A stretch of DNA of 64,000 nt from Phycisphaerae bacterium (GTDB lineage: Bacteria > Planctomycetota > Phycisphaerae > UBA1845 > Fen-1342), in assembly GCA_050115495.1 (NCBI GenBank), contig JASFQK010000015.1, positions 1 to 64,000 on the forward strand. Direction: 5' to 3'. Below, one piece after another: positions 40,592 to 51,414 of this stretch. A program made the translations under genes and the position numbers. Under the pieces are notes generated by a model. The model was not told where the DNA came from and did no database searches. It saw only the letters and a program-made list of their open reading frames with translations. Every line of letters starts with the position of its first letter. Position 1 is the stretch's first letter.

Positions 40592-40781
40592 CGTTATCTC
40601 CTTTGAGAAAACTTCTGCATGGCGACATCGCCGCCGCCGTGAGACACGCGACCTCGGCCTCGAGGGCGCATCACTGTCATACATCTGGAATCCGCAGAAC
40701 CATTGGCTGCCCTGGAGCGCTCCCATGCATCGTTCCCATCCCTGACTCTCGCTGCTCGCAGTCCCTCCTCTCGTCCTTTCC

Positions 40782-41264
40782 TCAGCCCCCGCCTGATATC
40801 ATCTCTTCCAACTGGGCGGTGTTGCTTATCCACTGCCTGAGCGAGAATAACGCTACTGCTGCTTCCGCTATCGCTACCAGAAGGAAGAACATGAGTATCC
40901 CTGCTGGAGTCGCCTTGGGGAAGCGCCCCCAACCCGCTTCCGCAAGCGCGTCACGCTCTGCGAAGAAGGGAGCCAGGAGAAGTGGCCAGCAAGCGAAGAG
41001 TGAGGCCCAGTATAGCTGTCCCACGATGGTATGTACGTCTATGATGCGCCCATGAGAATGCGCGTGCAGGACGCAGAGCGTCGCGAAGAAAAGCTCATAG
41101 CTGTACCACAGGAAGCGCCATCTGAAGCCACGCATTGCGGCCAGCCACACTATTGACCCAACGGCAGCCGCTGCGATAACGAGGTTGCCAACGACCACGC
41201 CGACGAGGGCCACATAAACCATGCTGTCCATCACCTCTGTGGGTGTGGTGATACTCGAGCCCAT
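40782..41264 (-). CDS. Small multi-pass membrane protein
   Basis: SD GGAGG; about 4 hydrophobic segments; atypical lower-GC codons. Confidence 0.65.
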   Translation of the reverse strand: MGSSITTPTEVMDSMVYVALVGVVVGNLVIAAAAVGSIVWLAAMRGFRWRFLWYSYELFFATLCVLHAHSHGRIIDVHTIVGQLYWASLFACWPLLLAPFFAERDALAEAGWGRFPKATPAGILMFFLLVAIAEAAVALFSLRQWISNTAQLEEMISGGG

Positions 41265-41339
41265 GGTCGGTCCTCCGCTCATTCAATGAGATTGCTGCAA
41301 TCGCAGCACAGGCCAGCGGCAACCCTAGCCTTGCCGCTG

Positions 41340-41460
41340 CCGGCGTCCGGGTCGCAGTCGTCATTCGCCGTCGGGTCTGCGTTCACATCCATGAACAGCG
41401 GCTCATCGATGTACCGCGTCCCCCACACCCACTGCCGCGTCGCCTGGTCGCTTCCGTCGC
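41340..41460 (-). repeat. Rhs-core fragment, copy A
   Basis: Translates as RDGSDQATRQWVWGTRYIDEPLFMDVNADPTANDDCDPDA, a WG-x-RYIDE motif typical of distal Rhs cores. Confidence 0.7.
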
Positions 41461-41483
41461 GAACCGACACGCCGGTTTCTCTG

Positions 41484-42023
41484 TTACTCCGGTGCCCCAT
41501 CGTCCAAACCATCGCCTGCCGTCACCGATATCGGCGGTACGCAAACGGTGCTGACGACCGTCTCGTCGCCGCGCTGCAATCTGGCGACCCAGAAGCCGGT
41601 GATCTCGCATTCCGCGGGGGCGGGATCCGGGCCCAGGACGACCGACCAGGCAACCTCACCCGTGTACGTGTCGCCGGGGTGCAGGACGATCGGTTTTAGC
41701 TCTGCGAGCAGCGGAATGCTGGCTTCCATGCCCGTTGCCTGGTGACACACATCACCGCCGGCCGCCACCAGCACATGCGTGTTTGCCTTGGGACCGAACG
41801 GCAGAGCGACCTTCAGTATCTGCACCGTAACGCCGGACGTGTTCACGATGTCATACCGAAGGCTGGATGCACCGGCGCTGCCGGCGTCGTGCCGCCACGT
41901 CATGCGCAAAGGCGGGCTGGTCGTTCTCGCGGCTCCCTCCGGCCCGCGGCCTTGGCTGGCCTGGAGAGCCGTCAGTGAGATCACTGCAAGCACGGCCGCG
42001 TAGCAACACATTCCGCGTTTCAC
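41484..42023 (-). CDS. Small secreted hypothetical protein
   Basis: SD AAGGAGG then GTG, signal peptide. Confidence 0.65.
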   Translation of the reverse strand: MKRGMCCYAAVLAVISLTALQASQGRGPEGAARTTSPPLRMTWRHDAGSAGASSLRYDIVNTSGVTVQILKVALPFGPKANTHVLVAAGGDVCHQATGMEASIPLLAELKPIVLHPGDTYTGEVAWSVVLGPDPAPAECEITGFWVARLQRGDETVVSTVCVPPISVTAGDGLDDGAPE

Positions 42024-42106
42024 TCAGCACCTCCTTCGGTCCCAGACACGTTGCACGACCGCTCTGCGCGAGCCCGCCCAGCGCGTCCGCCGCGCTGCTT
42101 CGGCGC

Positions 42107-43126
42107 CTAGTTGGTCTGACAGCGGGCCAATGGCCAGTCGGAGTGCGTGTCGAGCATGTCGGTCGACAACTGCGGCCGTTTGCCGCTGTACACGCGGATC
42201 AGCGCGCCGGGCGTGGGAAAACAGTCCGTCTGCCAGCCGGGGCCGCCCCGAAGAAAACGCTGCCACGGGAACGTGCGCGTGCAGCCCATCCTGCGCAGCT
42301 CGTCGTCCGTAAATCGGCGCAGCTCGCCGATCGGCGTTCTCCTGGCCGAACCGTCGCAATAGGCGACGTTGTCGGCCATCAGTTCGCCATGCCAACCCGG
42401 CAGCGGCGGTGTGTCCGGCTCATTGGCGAGCTTCTCCGATGCCGCGTCGAAGAACGGGTCGCAGTACAACACGGTCTGATGAAGCGGGCTCTGGATCGAC
42501 TCGGCCCTGTGGCCCCACGGGCTGCTTGTGAGAAAACATTGCGCGCAGCTACGTGACAGCCAGACGATACCATTGTCAGCAATGCTGTAGCTGTTGCCGA
42601 TGAAGTTGAAGCAGGGGATGTTCGCGGCTTCGCGCGGGGCCCGCGTCTTCCACGTCTCCCGAACACCGGTGTCCGCCGGGCAGTGAAAGACCTCCAGGCC
42701 AGTGGAGTCCGAGCCGGCCAGGTAACCGTTCAGCGGCTTGGTGCGAGCCCCCCAACCGCCGGCGGGATCGGTCATGACCGTCGCGTCACCCTTGCTCGTG
42801 GGCATCGGCACCGTCGCCGTCTGTCCGCCGAAGGAGAATGGCAGCGCCACGCGCCAACCCAACACGCCTTCCGGGAAACCGTCGCCCATTTCCCTAGACA
42901 CCATCATGCGGTGCAGCGGCACGATCTGGTTGCGCGCATCCTCGGCGGCGTAAGCCAGCGTAGCCGCGGCGATATGCTGGAGGTTATCCAGACAGGACGC
43001 CTCTCGCGGCCTTGTCCGCATCCGCAGCACGCCGGCAACCAGTATCGCCAGCACAACCGCGCCGGCCACCAACAATGCCAGCACCTCGACGACGGTTATC
43101 CCTCTGGCGAGACGAATGGCACGCAT
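42107..43126 (-). CDS. Prepilin-type N-terminal / H-X9-DG (DUF1559-like) protein
   Basis: RG|ITVVEVL class III-like signal; CLDNL, FHCPAD, WHGELMADNVAYCDGS. Confidence 0.82.
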   Translation of the reverse strand: MRAIRLARGITVVEVLALLVAGAVVLAILVAGVLRMRTRPREASCLDNLQHIAAATLAYAAEDARNQIVPLHRMMVSREMGDGFPEGVLGWRVALPFSFGGQTATVPMPTSKGDATVMTDPAGGWGARTKPLNGYLAGSDSTGLEVFHCPADTGVRETWKTRAPREAANIPCFNFIGNSYSIADNGIVWLSRSCAQCFLTSSPWGHRAESIQSPLHQTVLYCDPFFDAASEKLANEPDTPPLPGWHGELMADNVAYCDGSARRTPIGELRRFTDDELRRMGCTRTFPWQRFLRGGPGWQTDCFPTPGALIRVYSGKRPQLSTDMLDTHSDWPLARCQTN

Positions 43127-43236
43127 GGCCTGCTCCCCGACATCACGACGTGGACGTCTTCCTTTCACGCTCTTCCATACTCCGTGCGACGGAACGTCAC
43201 GCATGGACGGATGAACGAGGCGCCGCACTCTGACGA

Positions 43237-44286
43237 TCACGGCGCCTCGTTGACCTGGTGGTCGTCCAGCGGCCAGCCTTCGTAGTAGGCGACAGGGTCC
43301 TGTGGCATGAGCGGCAATCCGTTGTCGTCGTACACGCGGATGAGGGCACCTGGCGTGGGGTAGCAGTCCATCTGCCAGTCGGGACCGCGTCGCAGGAAGA
43401 CGTACCAGGGGAAGACCTGCGTAACCCCCATAGCCTCGAGTTCTTCGTCCGTGAACTGGCGTAACTCGCCGATCTGCGTCCGCCGGGCCGAGCCGTCGCA
43501 GTAGGCCACGTTGTCAGCCATCAGTTCGCCGTGCCAACCCGGCAACGGTTGAATGTCCGGGTTGCTGGCGAGCCTCATCGTGTACTGCCGGAAGAAGGGG
43601 TCGCAATATAGGATCGTCTCGGAAAGCGGGCTCTCAATCGACTCTGCCGTATGCCCCGCGGGCGTGACCCTGAAGAACGCTTGCGGCGCGAAGTAACCGG
43701 GCCCGGGTTCGCCAGTGATCCACTGCATGCCGGCGGTGGTCATGGTGTAGCTGTTGCCGAGGAAATCAAAATACGGGATGTTTGCCGCCTCGGCCGGGCC
43801 GACGTATCCCCAGTCCTCGACGTACCCAGTGTCCGCCGGGCAGTGAAACGTCTCCAGTCCAACGGAGGCCGGCCCGGCCAGGTAGCGGTTCAGCGGTTTG
43901 GTCTTTGCACCCCAGTAGCCGGCGGGGTCCGTCATCACCGTTATATCGCCGTCCTCTGTTGGCATCGGCGCGGTGGCTGTTCGGCCGCCGAACGAAGACG
44001 GCAGCACCGTGCGCGTGAGCCACAGGGCGTCGGTGAAACCGTCGGCCCCGTGCGTGGACACCATCATGCGATGCATCGGCACCGCCTGGTTGCGCGGGTC
44101 GTCAAGGGAATAGGTGATCGTTGCCGCGCCGATGCGCTGGAGGTTCGCCAGGCAGGAGACACCCCTACCCCGCGCACGCACCCGGCTCGCTCCGGTGGCC
44201 ACCATGGTCAGCAGGACCGCCCCGGCCGCCACGACCACGAGCACCTCGACTGCGGCGACCCCTCTGACCGAACGACTAGCTCTCAT
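43237..44286 (-). CDS. Prepilin-type N-terminal / H-X9-DG (DUF1559-like) protein, tandem paralogue
   Basis: RG|VAAVEVL; CLANL, FHCPAD, WHGELMADNVAYCDGS. Confidence 0.82.
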   Translation of the reverse strand: MRASRSVRGVAAVEVLVVVAAGAVLLTMVATGASRVRARGRGVSCLANLQRIGAATITYSLDDPRNQAVPMHRMMVSTHGADGFTDALWLTRTVLPSSFGGRTATAPMPTEDGDITVMTDPAGYWGAKTKPLNRYLAGPASVGLETFHCPADTGYVEDWGYVGPAEAANIPYFDFLGNSYTMTTAGMQWITGEPGPGYFAPQAFFRVTPAGHTAESIESPLSETILYCDPFFRQYTMRLASNPDIQPLPGWHGELMADNVAYCDGSARRTQIGELRQFTDEELEAMGVTQVFPWYVFLRRGPDWQMDCYPTPGALIRVYDDNGLPLMPQDPVAYYEGWPLDDHQVNEAP

Positions 44287-44676
44287 GCCAAGCTCCCCAG
44301 CGGCACGACGTGGACGTCACCGTCCCTCGCGTCGCCACGCTCACCCCGCGGAACGCCCAATGCGATGTCAAACAAATACACGTCGCCTCTGACAGAACGG
44401 AAGCACCCCGCGGGTGGTCCTCCCGCACCGTCAGCAGAACCGGCATTCAGCACCTCTTGTGCCGCGAGTCCCGCATCCAGTGCCCTTTCGCCCAAGCCTA
44501 GCTCCCCCAACGCGGCGGATCAAGCTGACTACCGCCGCAAACCACGCCGACCGCCGGGCGTCCGGACGCCACCGCGCACGCCAACCCGCCCTCAGGTTGG
44601 CACCCGCCGAACAGCCGACTAGAATCTCTCATCTTCCCGCGGACGCGGGCCGGTCCGCTCCTCATGAGGCTACGTT

Positions 44677-45795
44677 GTGCCACGACAACCACTCAAGATC
44701 CCCTTTCGCCTGGAATCCCTAGCCATCCTGGCGGCGGACGGCACCGTCGACCACGACTGGGAGCCGAAGCTGCCTGACGATGACCTGCGGCGGCTTTATC
44801 GGACGATGCTCGCCTCCCGCCGACTCGACGAACGCTGCCTCCAGCTCCAGCGCCAGGGCCGGCTCGGCACCTACGGGCCCAGCAAAGGACAAGAAGCCGC
44901 CTCGCTCGGCGTGGCCTATGCCCTCCGGCAGACCGACTGGCTGGTACCCTCCTTCCGCGAGACCGCCGGTCTGCTCTGGCGCGGCTGGCCGATGCAGAAC
45001 CTCATGCTCTGGTGGGGTGGCTACGAGGCCGGCAACGTCGTCCCCGACGACATCAACGACCTGCCGCTTTGCGTGCCGATCGCCTCACAATGCCAGTATG
45101 GCATGGGCATCGCCTGGGGCTGCCGGCTGAAGGGCGAGGGGCAGGTCTGCACCACCTTCTGCGGCGACGGCGGGACGTCCGAGGGCGATTTCCACGAAGC
45201 CATGAACTTCGCCGGCGTGTACAACCTGCCGCTGGTCATGGTGGTCCAGAACAACCACTGGGCCATCTCCATCCCCCGCAGCAGCCAGACCGCCGCCCAG
45301 ACGATCGCCCAGAAGGCCATCGCCTACGGCGTCGACGGACTCCAGGTGGACGGCAACGACATCCTGGCCGTAATCGTCGCCACGCGCGAGGCCATCGAAA
45401 AAGCCCGCACCGGCGGCGGCCCCACGCTCATCGAAGCGGTCACTTACCGCCTCAGCATGCACACCACCGCCGACGACCCGAAGAAATACCGCAGCGACGA
45501 CGAGGTCCGCGAATGGGAGCCGCGCGACCCGCTGCTGCGTTTCCGTAAGTACCTGCTGGACCGCGAGTTGCTGGACGAGAAGAGCGAGCAGGCCGTCGAC
45601 GACGGGATCGCCGCCGAACTCAACCAGGCTGTGGACGAGTACCTGGCGGCGAAGGTCGAGCCCTGTGCGTTCTTCGACTACGCCTACGCGGAGAAGACGC
45701 CGGCCCTGTGCCGGCAGGAGGCCGAGCTGCATCGCCATCTGGGCGACGGGCAGCCGGCCGCGGGCGAAGTCGTTCAGCACAACCGGGTCTTGTAG
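44677..45795 (+). CDS. pdhA: Pyruvate/2-oxoacid dehydrogenase E1 alpha
   Basis: LQRQGR, GQEA, TPP motif GDGGTSEGDF...NN, HTTADDP. Confidence 0.9.
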   Translation: MPRQPLKIPFRLESLAILAADGTVDHDWEPKLPDDDLRRLYRTMLASRRLDERCLQLQRQGRLGTYGPSKGQEAASLGVAYALRQTDWLVPSFRETAGLLWRGWPMQNLMLWWGGYEAGNVVPDDINDLPLCVPIASQCQYGMGIAWGCRLKGEGQVCTTFCGDGGTSEGDFHEAMNFAGVYNLPLVMVVQNNHWAISIPRSSQTAAQTIAQKAIAYGVDGLQVDGNDILAVIVATREAIEKARTGGGPTLIEAVTYRLSMHTTADDPKKYRSDDEVREWEPRDPLLRFRKYLLDRELLDEKSEQAVDDGIAAELNQAVDEYLAAKVEPCAFFDYAYAEKTPALCRQEAELHRHLGDGQPAAGEVVQHNRVL

Positions 45796-45807
45796 GACGA
45801 GGGTGAC

Positions 45808-46788
45808 ATGGCCGAACTCACGATGGTCAAAGCGATCAACCTGGCCTTGACCGAGGCGATGAACGAAGACCCGCACGTGCTCGTGCTGGGGCAGGACGTC
45901 GGGGCGGATGAGGGTGTCTTTCGCGTTACCGAGGGGCTGCTGCAACGCTTCGGGCCCGACCGTTGCATCGACACGCCGCTGGCCGAAGCCGCCATCATCG
46001 GTGCGGGCATCGGCCTGGCGTTCACCGGTTTCCGCCCGGTGTGCGAATTGCAGTTCGACGGCTTCTCGTTCCAGGCGTTTCACCAGATCGAGAACCACGC
46101 CCGCCGCTTCCGCAACCGCACCCGCGGGCGCTACACCTGCCCGATGGTCGTGCGCATGCCTTGGGGCGGCGGCATCCGAGCCATCGAACATCACAGCGAG
46201 GCCCCGGAAGCGACATACGCCCACCTCACCGGCCTGCACGTGGTCATCCCCTCCGGCCCGCGGAACGCCCGGGCCCTGCTCCGCTCGGCGATCCTCAGCC
46301 CCGACCCGGTCATCTTCTTCGAACCGAAGGCGATCTACCGGGCGTTTCGCGAGGAAGTCCCCGACGAGCCGGAAACGCTGCCCATCGGCCGCGGCACGAT
46401 CGCCCGTCCGGGTCGGCACGTGACGATCATTACGTACGGGGCGCAGGTCCGGCCCGTGCTCGAAGCTGCCGAAGAGCTGCACGAAGACCACGATGTCGAC
46501 GCCGAAGTAATCGACCTGCTCTCCGTCGCCCCGCTCGATGACGCCCTCATCAATGAATCTGTACGAAAGACGGGCCGGGCGGTCGTGGTGCACGAAGCCC
46601 CGCGGCATTGCGGCGTCGGGGCGGAGATTGTGGCGCGGATCGTCGAAGAGAGCCTCGAATACCTCGAAGCCCCGATCCGCCGCGTAACCGGTTTCGATAC
46701 GATCATCCCCTACTTCACGAACGAGCGCGCCTACCTGCCCGACGCGCGGCGGGTTGTGCAGGCCGCTCTGGACACGGTACGGTTCTAG
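45808..46788 (+). CDS. pdhB: Pyruvate/2-oxoacid dehydrogenase E1 beta
   Basis: [29 protein letters not shown]. Confidence 0.92.
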   Translation: MAELTMVKAINLALTEAMNEDPHVLVLGQDVGADEGVFRVTEGLLQRFGPDRCIDTPLAEAAIIGAGIGLAFTGFRPVCELQFDGFSFQAFHQIENHARRFRNRTRGRYTCPMVVRMPWGGGIRAIEHHSEAPEATYAHLTGLHVVIPSGPRNARALLRSAILSPDPVIFFEPKAIYRAFREEVPDEPETLPIGRGTIARPGRHVTIITYGAQVRPVLEAAEELHEDHDVDAEVIDLLSVAPLDDALINESVRKTGRAVVVHEAPRHCGVGAEIVARIVEESLEYLEAPIRRVTGFDTIIPYFTNERAYLPDARRVVQAALDTVRF

Positions 46789-46871
46789 GAACAGCGCACC
46801 GGCTGCCGCCAGCGTGCAGGACGCATCGCCGGGCCATAGCCGGCACGACCGCCGAAACAGGACATCCCGAC

Positions 46872-48179
46872 ATGTTTGAATTCGCATTGCCGGATCTGGG
46901 CGAAGGCATCCACGAGGGGCAGGTTGTCAACGTGCTCGTCAAGGAAGGCGACACCATCGCCGAGTACCAGCCCATGCTGGAGATCGAGACGGACAAGGCG
47001 GCGGTCGAAATCCCGTCGCCGAAGGCTGGCGTCGTCGCCAGCATCCTGGTCAAGCCGGGACAGGTCGTGAAGGTCGGCGAGGTCATGCTGACCATCGACG
47101 AAGCCGGCGGCGACGGCAAGACGGCCAAGGCCGCAGCACCGGCGAAAGCCGCGCCGGCGAAGGCCGCAACCGCTCCCGAGCCGGCAGCCGCTCCAGCCCG
47201 CCCGCCAGCCGCGGCGGCCTCCAAGGAACCCGCACCGTCGCCCGTCGACTCCGTCCCCGTCAGCGGCCCCGTCCCCGCGGCTCCGTCCGTCCGCAAGCTG
47301 GCCCGCGAGCTCGGCGTGGACATCCACCGCGTTCCGACCACCGGTCCCGGCGGACGCGTGCTGAAGAAGGACGTCGAGGCGTTCGCCAAGAACAAGACGG
47401 CCGCGCCGTCAGCGCCCGCCGCTGGCGGTCCCGGCGTCGCCCTGCCCGCTGAGGAGCTGCCCGACTTCAGCCAGTACGGCCCGATCCGCCGCGAGGCCGT
47501 GCCGCAGATCCGCAAGACAATCGCCCGGCAGATGGCCCGCTCGTGGCTGAACATCCCGCGCGTCACGCAGTGCGACGACGCCGACATCACTGAGCTCGAC
47601 CGCAACCGCAAGCGCTACAACGAGGGTCTCAGGGACGGCGCCGCCAAGCTCACCGTAACGGCCATCCTGCTCAAAGCCGTGGCCGCCTCGCTGCGCGAGT
47701 ACCCGCAGGTCAACGCCAGCTACGACGCGGCGACGGCGGAGATCATCTACAAAGATTACATCCACATCGGCCTGGCCGTGGACACGCCGCGGGGGCTGGT
47801 CGTGCCGGTGATCCGCGACGTCGACCGCAAGCCGCTGCCGCTGCTCGCCAGCGAGCTAAACGCCCTCGCCGGCCGTACGCGGCAGGGCCAGTTCGAAATC
47901 GCCGAGCTGCGCGGGGCGAGCTTCACCATCACGAACTACGGCGCCCTGGGCGGCATCTTCGGCACACCGATGGTGAACTTCCCGGAGGCCGCCATTCTCG
48001 GCATGGGCAAGGCGCGGATGCAGGCGGTCGTCTTCGAGGGACAGATCGTCCCCCGCCTGGTCATGCCGCTGTCGCTGTCGTTCGACCATCGCATCGTGGA
48101 CGGTGCCGACGCGGCCCGCTTCCTGACCGACGTGATCCGCTCGTTGGAGAACCCGCTGCGGCTGAATAGCCTGGCGTGA
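46872..48179 (+). CDS. pdhC: Dihydrolipoamide acyltransferase E2
   Basis: LPDLGEG, lipoyl ETDKA, E3-binding [17 protein letters not shown]. Confidence 0.92.
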   Translation: MFEFALPDLGEGIHEGQVVNVLVKEGDTIAEYQPMLEIETDKAAVEIPSPKAGVVASILVKPGQVVKVGEVMLTIDEAGGDGKTAKAAAPAKAAPAKAATAPEPAAAPARPPAAAASKEPAPSPVDSVPVSGPVPAAPSVRKLARELGVDIHRVPTTGPGGRVLKKDVEAFAKNKTAAPSAPAAGGPGVALPAEELPDFSQYGPIRREAVPQIRKTIARQMARSWLNIPRVTQCDDADITELDRNRKRYNEGLRDGAAKLTVTAILLKAVAASLREYPQVNASYDAATAEIIYKDYIHIGLAVDTPRGLVVPVIRDVDRKPLPLLASELNALAGRTRQGQFEIAELRGASFTITNYGALGGIFGTPMVNFPEAAILGMGKARMQAVVFEGQIVPRLVMPLSLSFDHRIVDGADAARFLTDVIRSLENPLRLNSLA

Positions 48180-48228
48180 TCGGGCGGCCACCCGCAACCA
48201 GACAACAACCCTTACGCAGGAGAGCAAC

Positions 48229-49647
48229 GTGGTCGTCGGCGAACTCACCGAAGAAACACAATTGTTGGTCATCGGCGGCGGGCCCGGCGGCTACGTCGCC
48301 GCGTTTCGTGCCGCCGACCTCGGCCTGAAGACCACCCTGGTCGACGTGGCCCCCGTCCTCGGCGGCGTGTGCCTCCGCGAAGGCTGCATCCCGTCCAAGG
48401 CTCTGCTGCACGTCGCTCACTTGATCGAGAGTGCGTCGGAAGCAGGAAACCTCGGCGTGACCTTCAACAAGCCGGCCATAGACGTCGACAAGCTCCGCGG
48501 CTGGAAGCAGTCCGTCGTGGATCGCCTCTGCGGCGGCGTCAGCACGCTGGCCAGCAAGCGCAAGATCCAGGTCATCAAGGGCCGGGCAACGTTCGAGGAT
48601 GGCCGCACCGTCCGCATCGAGGGTGACAAGCCGGCCCGGCTCACGTTCCGCCACGCGATCATCGCCACCGGCTCGCGCGCGAAGCGTCTGCCCGAATCGC
48701 TGCTGCCCGCCGACTGCTGCATCGACGCCGCCGGCGCGCTGGCTCTCGAAGATGTGCCGCCGACGCTGCTCGTCATCGGCGGCGGCTACATCGGGATGGA
48801 GCTGGGACAGGTCTACGCCGCCCTCGGCAGCAAGGTGACCGTGGTCGAGGTCCTGCCGCGGATTCTGACCGGCTGTGACGACGACCTCGCCCGCCCGCTC
48901 ATCGCCCGGCTGAAGAAGCAGTTTGCCGCCATTCACACGAACGCCTCGCTCGGCGGCGCACGTCGCGTCAACGGCGAAGTCGAAGTCACGTTCACCGTCG
49001 GCGACAAGGAACACAAGGAGCGCTTCGCACGCGTACTGGCCTCGGTCGGCCGCCAGCCGAACTCGGACAACCTCGGCCTCGAACACACGAAGGTCGTCGT
49101 CAACGAGCGCGGCTTCATCGAGGTGGACGCGTCGCGCCGCACGGCCGACAAGCGCATCTACGCCATCGGCGACGTGGCCGGCGATCCAATGCTCGCCCAC
49201 AAGGCCAGCCGCGAAGGCGTCGTCGCCGCCGAAGCCATCGCCGGTCACAGCGCGGCTGTCTTCGATCCGCAGGCCATCCCGGCCGTCGTCTACACCAGCC
49301 CGGAAGTGGCCTGGTGCGGTGTGACCGAGGCACAGGCGAAAGAACGTGGCTTGTCGGTTAAGATCGGCAAGTTCATGTGGGGCGCGTCCGGGCGAGCGAT
49401 CGCCATGGCGCGGCCCGAAGGCGTGACGAAAGTCATCGCCGACGCCGACACGCAGCGTGTCCTCGGCGTGGGGATTGTGGGTGAGCACGCCGGCGACCTG
49501 ATCGCCGAGGCCGTGCTGGCCGTCGAGATGGGCGCCACGGCGGAAGACCTGGCGATGACCATTCACCCACACCCGGCCACGTCGGAGACGATCATGGAGG
49601 CCGCCGAAGGTGTCCTCGGTTCCGCCATCCACATGTACCGCGGTTAG
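48229..49647 (+). CDS. lpdA: Dihydrolipoyl dehydrogenase E3
   Basis: GGGPGG, GGVCLREGCIPSK, LAHKA, HPHPATSE. Confidence 0.95.
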   Translation: MVVGELTEETQLLVIGGGPGGYVAAFRAADLGLKTTLVDVAPVLGGVCLREGCIPSKALLHVAHLIESASEAGNLGVTFNKPAIDVDKLRGWKQSVVDRLCGGVSTLASKRKIQVIKGRATFEDGRTVRIEGDKPARLTFRHAIIATGSRAKRLPESLLPADCCIDAAGALALEDVPPTLLVIGGGYIGMELGQVYAALGSKVTVVEVLPRILTGCDDDLARPLIARLKKQFAAIHTNASLGGARRVNGEVEVTFTVGDKEHKERFARVLASVGRQPNSDNLGLEHTKVVVNERGFIEVDASRRTADKRIYAIGDVAGDPMLAHKASREGVVAAEAIAGHSAAVFDPQAIPAVVYTSPEVAWCGVTEAQAKERGLSVKIGKFMWGASGRAIAMARPEGVTKVIADADTQRVLGVGIVGEHAGDLIAEAVLAVEMGATAEDLAMTIHPHPATSETIMEAAEGVLGSAIHMYRG

Positions 49648-51409
49648 CCGAGCGCGGCGACCGCGCTCACTCACGCTCGCCATCGCGGCGCTCATGCTGG
49701 CGCCCCTGCTCGGCTGCCTCGCCCCGGCGCTCCGCGAGCCGGCACCGCCCCCTCCCGTTGACGAGCCCGCCGGCGTCCCGATCGAGGACGAAGTCCAGCT
49801 CGCGGGAGCCATTACACTCGCCGACTTCCAGACACCCGACCAGGCCAACTGCTTCCACCTCGTCAGCGCCGACGGCGAGGTCCCCCAGCCTACGACCAGC
49901 CCGCTGCCGGAAACCGCCGACCCGACGCAGCGCTGCCTAGTCGCTCCCTTCAACGCTCCCGACCAGCAGCTCGAACTCGACGTCGCCAGCCTGAGCACGA
50001 CACCCGCGCCGACGGACTGGCACAAGTTCGGCGTCCTGCTGTATCGGCTGCACGCGCAAGGCGAGAGCGCAAACCTGACGCTCATCCTCGAAGCCGGCCC
50101 CGAAGGCCGACAAGTATGGTCCGAGCCCGTACACGCGCACGCTGGTTGGAACCACTTCCAACTCGACCTCGACACCATCGCCCGACAGATCGACCTGAGC
50201 CGTGTTCAACGGCTGTCGTGGCGGTCGGCGGGACCGGGCGCGGTCACGATCCATCTCGACGACCTGCGTCTGGCCAACCGGACGCGCTGGCTGCTGGGCG
50301 AGAGCGCCGAACCGGGCGAGTTATCCGCGTACGCCCGCGGCGGCTGGTTGCACGTGGCGTCCGTCGGCCGATACGAACTCGTGTTTCATGACGGTCTGAT
50401 CGCCGGCTGGTTCGCCGACAGCCCGGGGAACCTGACGGTTGGCTCGGGGCTGGGTCCGTGGCCGGTACCGCTTCCGGCCGGTTGGGCCGCGCAGGAACAG
50501 CCGTCCATTCCCGCAGACATTCGCGCAAGCTCCGACGCGGATCAGGTCCGCGACTGGCGACGCCAGCAGCGGCTGCTCGAAGCGACGCCGTTGCGCGTGG
50601 TCGTCGAGGGTCGGCATAGTCCGGTCGCCGCTGGCGGGACGTCGTCGGTGACGAGCGAACGGAGCTGGCGATACGTCGTGTACGCGGACGGTCGCGTGTG
50701 CGTGCGAACGAGCTACCACCCGGACGCCGAGGTGAACGTGCGCACGGTCGTCGGGCAGGTCGTGGCGCTGTCCGGACGGGCGGAATTCCGGCTCGCCGAG
50801 CCGCCCGCTGTCGATCCATACCGGCCGCCGGCGGCGTACATGCTGCTGACGCGCCCGGGCGAGCAGGGTGCGGACCTGCTCTGGGTGCCGGCTCAGCCGG
50901 AAACGTTCGCTCAGTCACGCGTCTTGCGTGAAGAAACCCCACCCACGCTGCTCGCGCTCACCGGCGATCTGACGGGCACACCGTCTGTCGAGGCGGCCAG
51001 CGCCCTGTTCATCTGGCCGCCGAACCTGGACGACGCGGCGGCCGCGGAGCCTCTCGCCGCCGGTTACCAACGGCCGGTCGCGCTGACGCCGCTGGCCGGG
51101 GAACTCGTCCGCGACGCACCGGGCGATCTCAACGGCGACGGGTTCAATGAAGCGGAAGGCTGCTACGAGCTCGCTCTGCGGCGGGGCGTGCTGCGGTTCG
51201 TGTTCGATCCGGGCGACTTGCCCCGTGAAACGCCGGTCTTTCGCGTCCAAGGCAGCGCCGGCCACCGCTGCTGGATCTACGCCGATGGGCAGGCGCTCAA
51301 GGAGGAGCAGCGTGACGCCGCCGGCCGGCTGATGTTCACGCTACCCGGCACGATCCGCGTAGCGCGGAACGTCGAGGTACACGCCCGCACCACGCCGCCC
51401 AGCCCCTGA
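49610..51409 (+). CDS. Hypothetical lipoprotein with N-terminal CBM/galactose-binding-like domain
   Basis: Lipobox LLGC; GWNHFQLDL...IHLDDLRL; DLNGDG loop; start overlaps lpdA and is uncertain. Confidence 0.6.
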   Translation: MSSVPPSTCTAVSRARRPRSLTLAIAALMLAPLLGCLAPALREPAPPPPVDEPAGVPIEDEVQLAGAITLADFQTPDQANCFHLVSADGEVPQPTTSPLPETADPTQRCLVAPFNAPDQQLELDVASLSTTPAPTDWHKFGVLLYRLHAQGESANLTLILEAGPEGRQVWSEPVHAHAGWNHFQLDLDTIARQIDLSRVQRLSWRSAGPGAVTIHLDDLRLANRTRWLLGESAEPGELSAYARGGWLHVASVGRYELVFHDGLIAGWFADSPGNLTVGSGLGPWPVPLPAGWAAQEQPSIPADIRASSDADQVRDWRRQQRLLEATPLRVVVEGRHSPVAAGGTSSVTSERSWRYVVYADGRVCVRTSYHPDAEVNVRTVVGQVVALSGRAEFRLAEPPAVDPYRPPAAYMLLTRPGEQGADLLWVPAQPETFAQSRVLREETPPTLLALTGDLTGTPSVEAASALFIWPPNLDDAAAAEPLAAGYQRPVALTPLAGELVRDAPGDLNGDGFNEAEGCYELALRRGVLRFVFDPGDLPRETPVFRVQGSAGHRCWIYADGQALKEEQRDAAGRLMFTLPGTIRVARNVEVHARTTPPSP

Positions 51410-51414
51410 CGACA

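Noticed and set aside
40069..41460. Integron attC sites
   Set aside because: The repeats are not palindromic with RYYYAAC/GTTRRRY ends, they conserve a protein reading frame, and no integrase is present.
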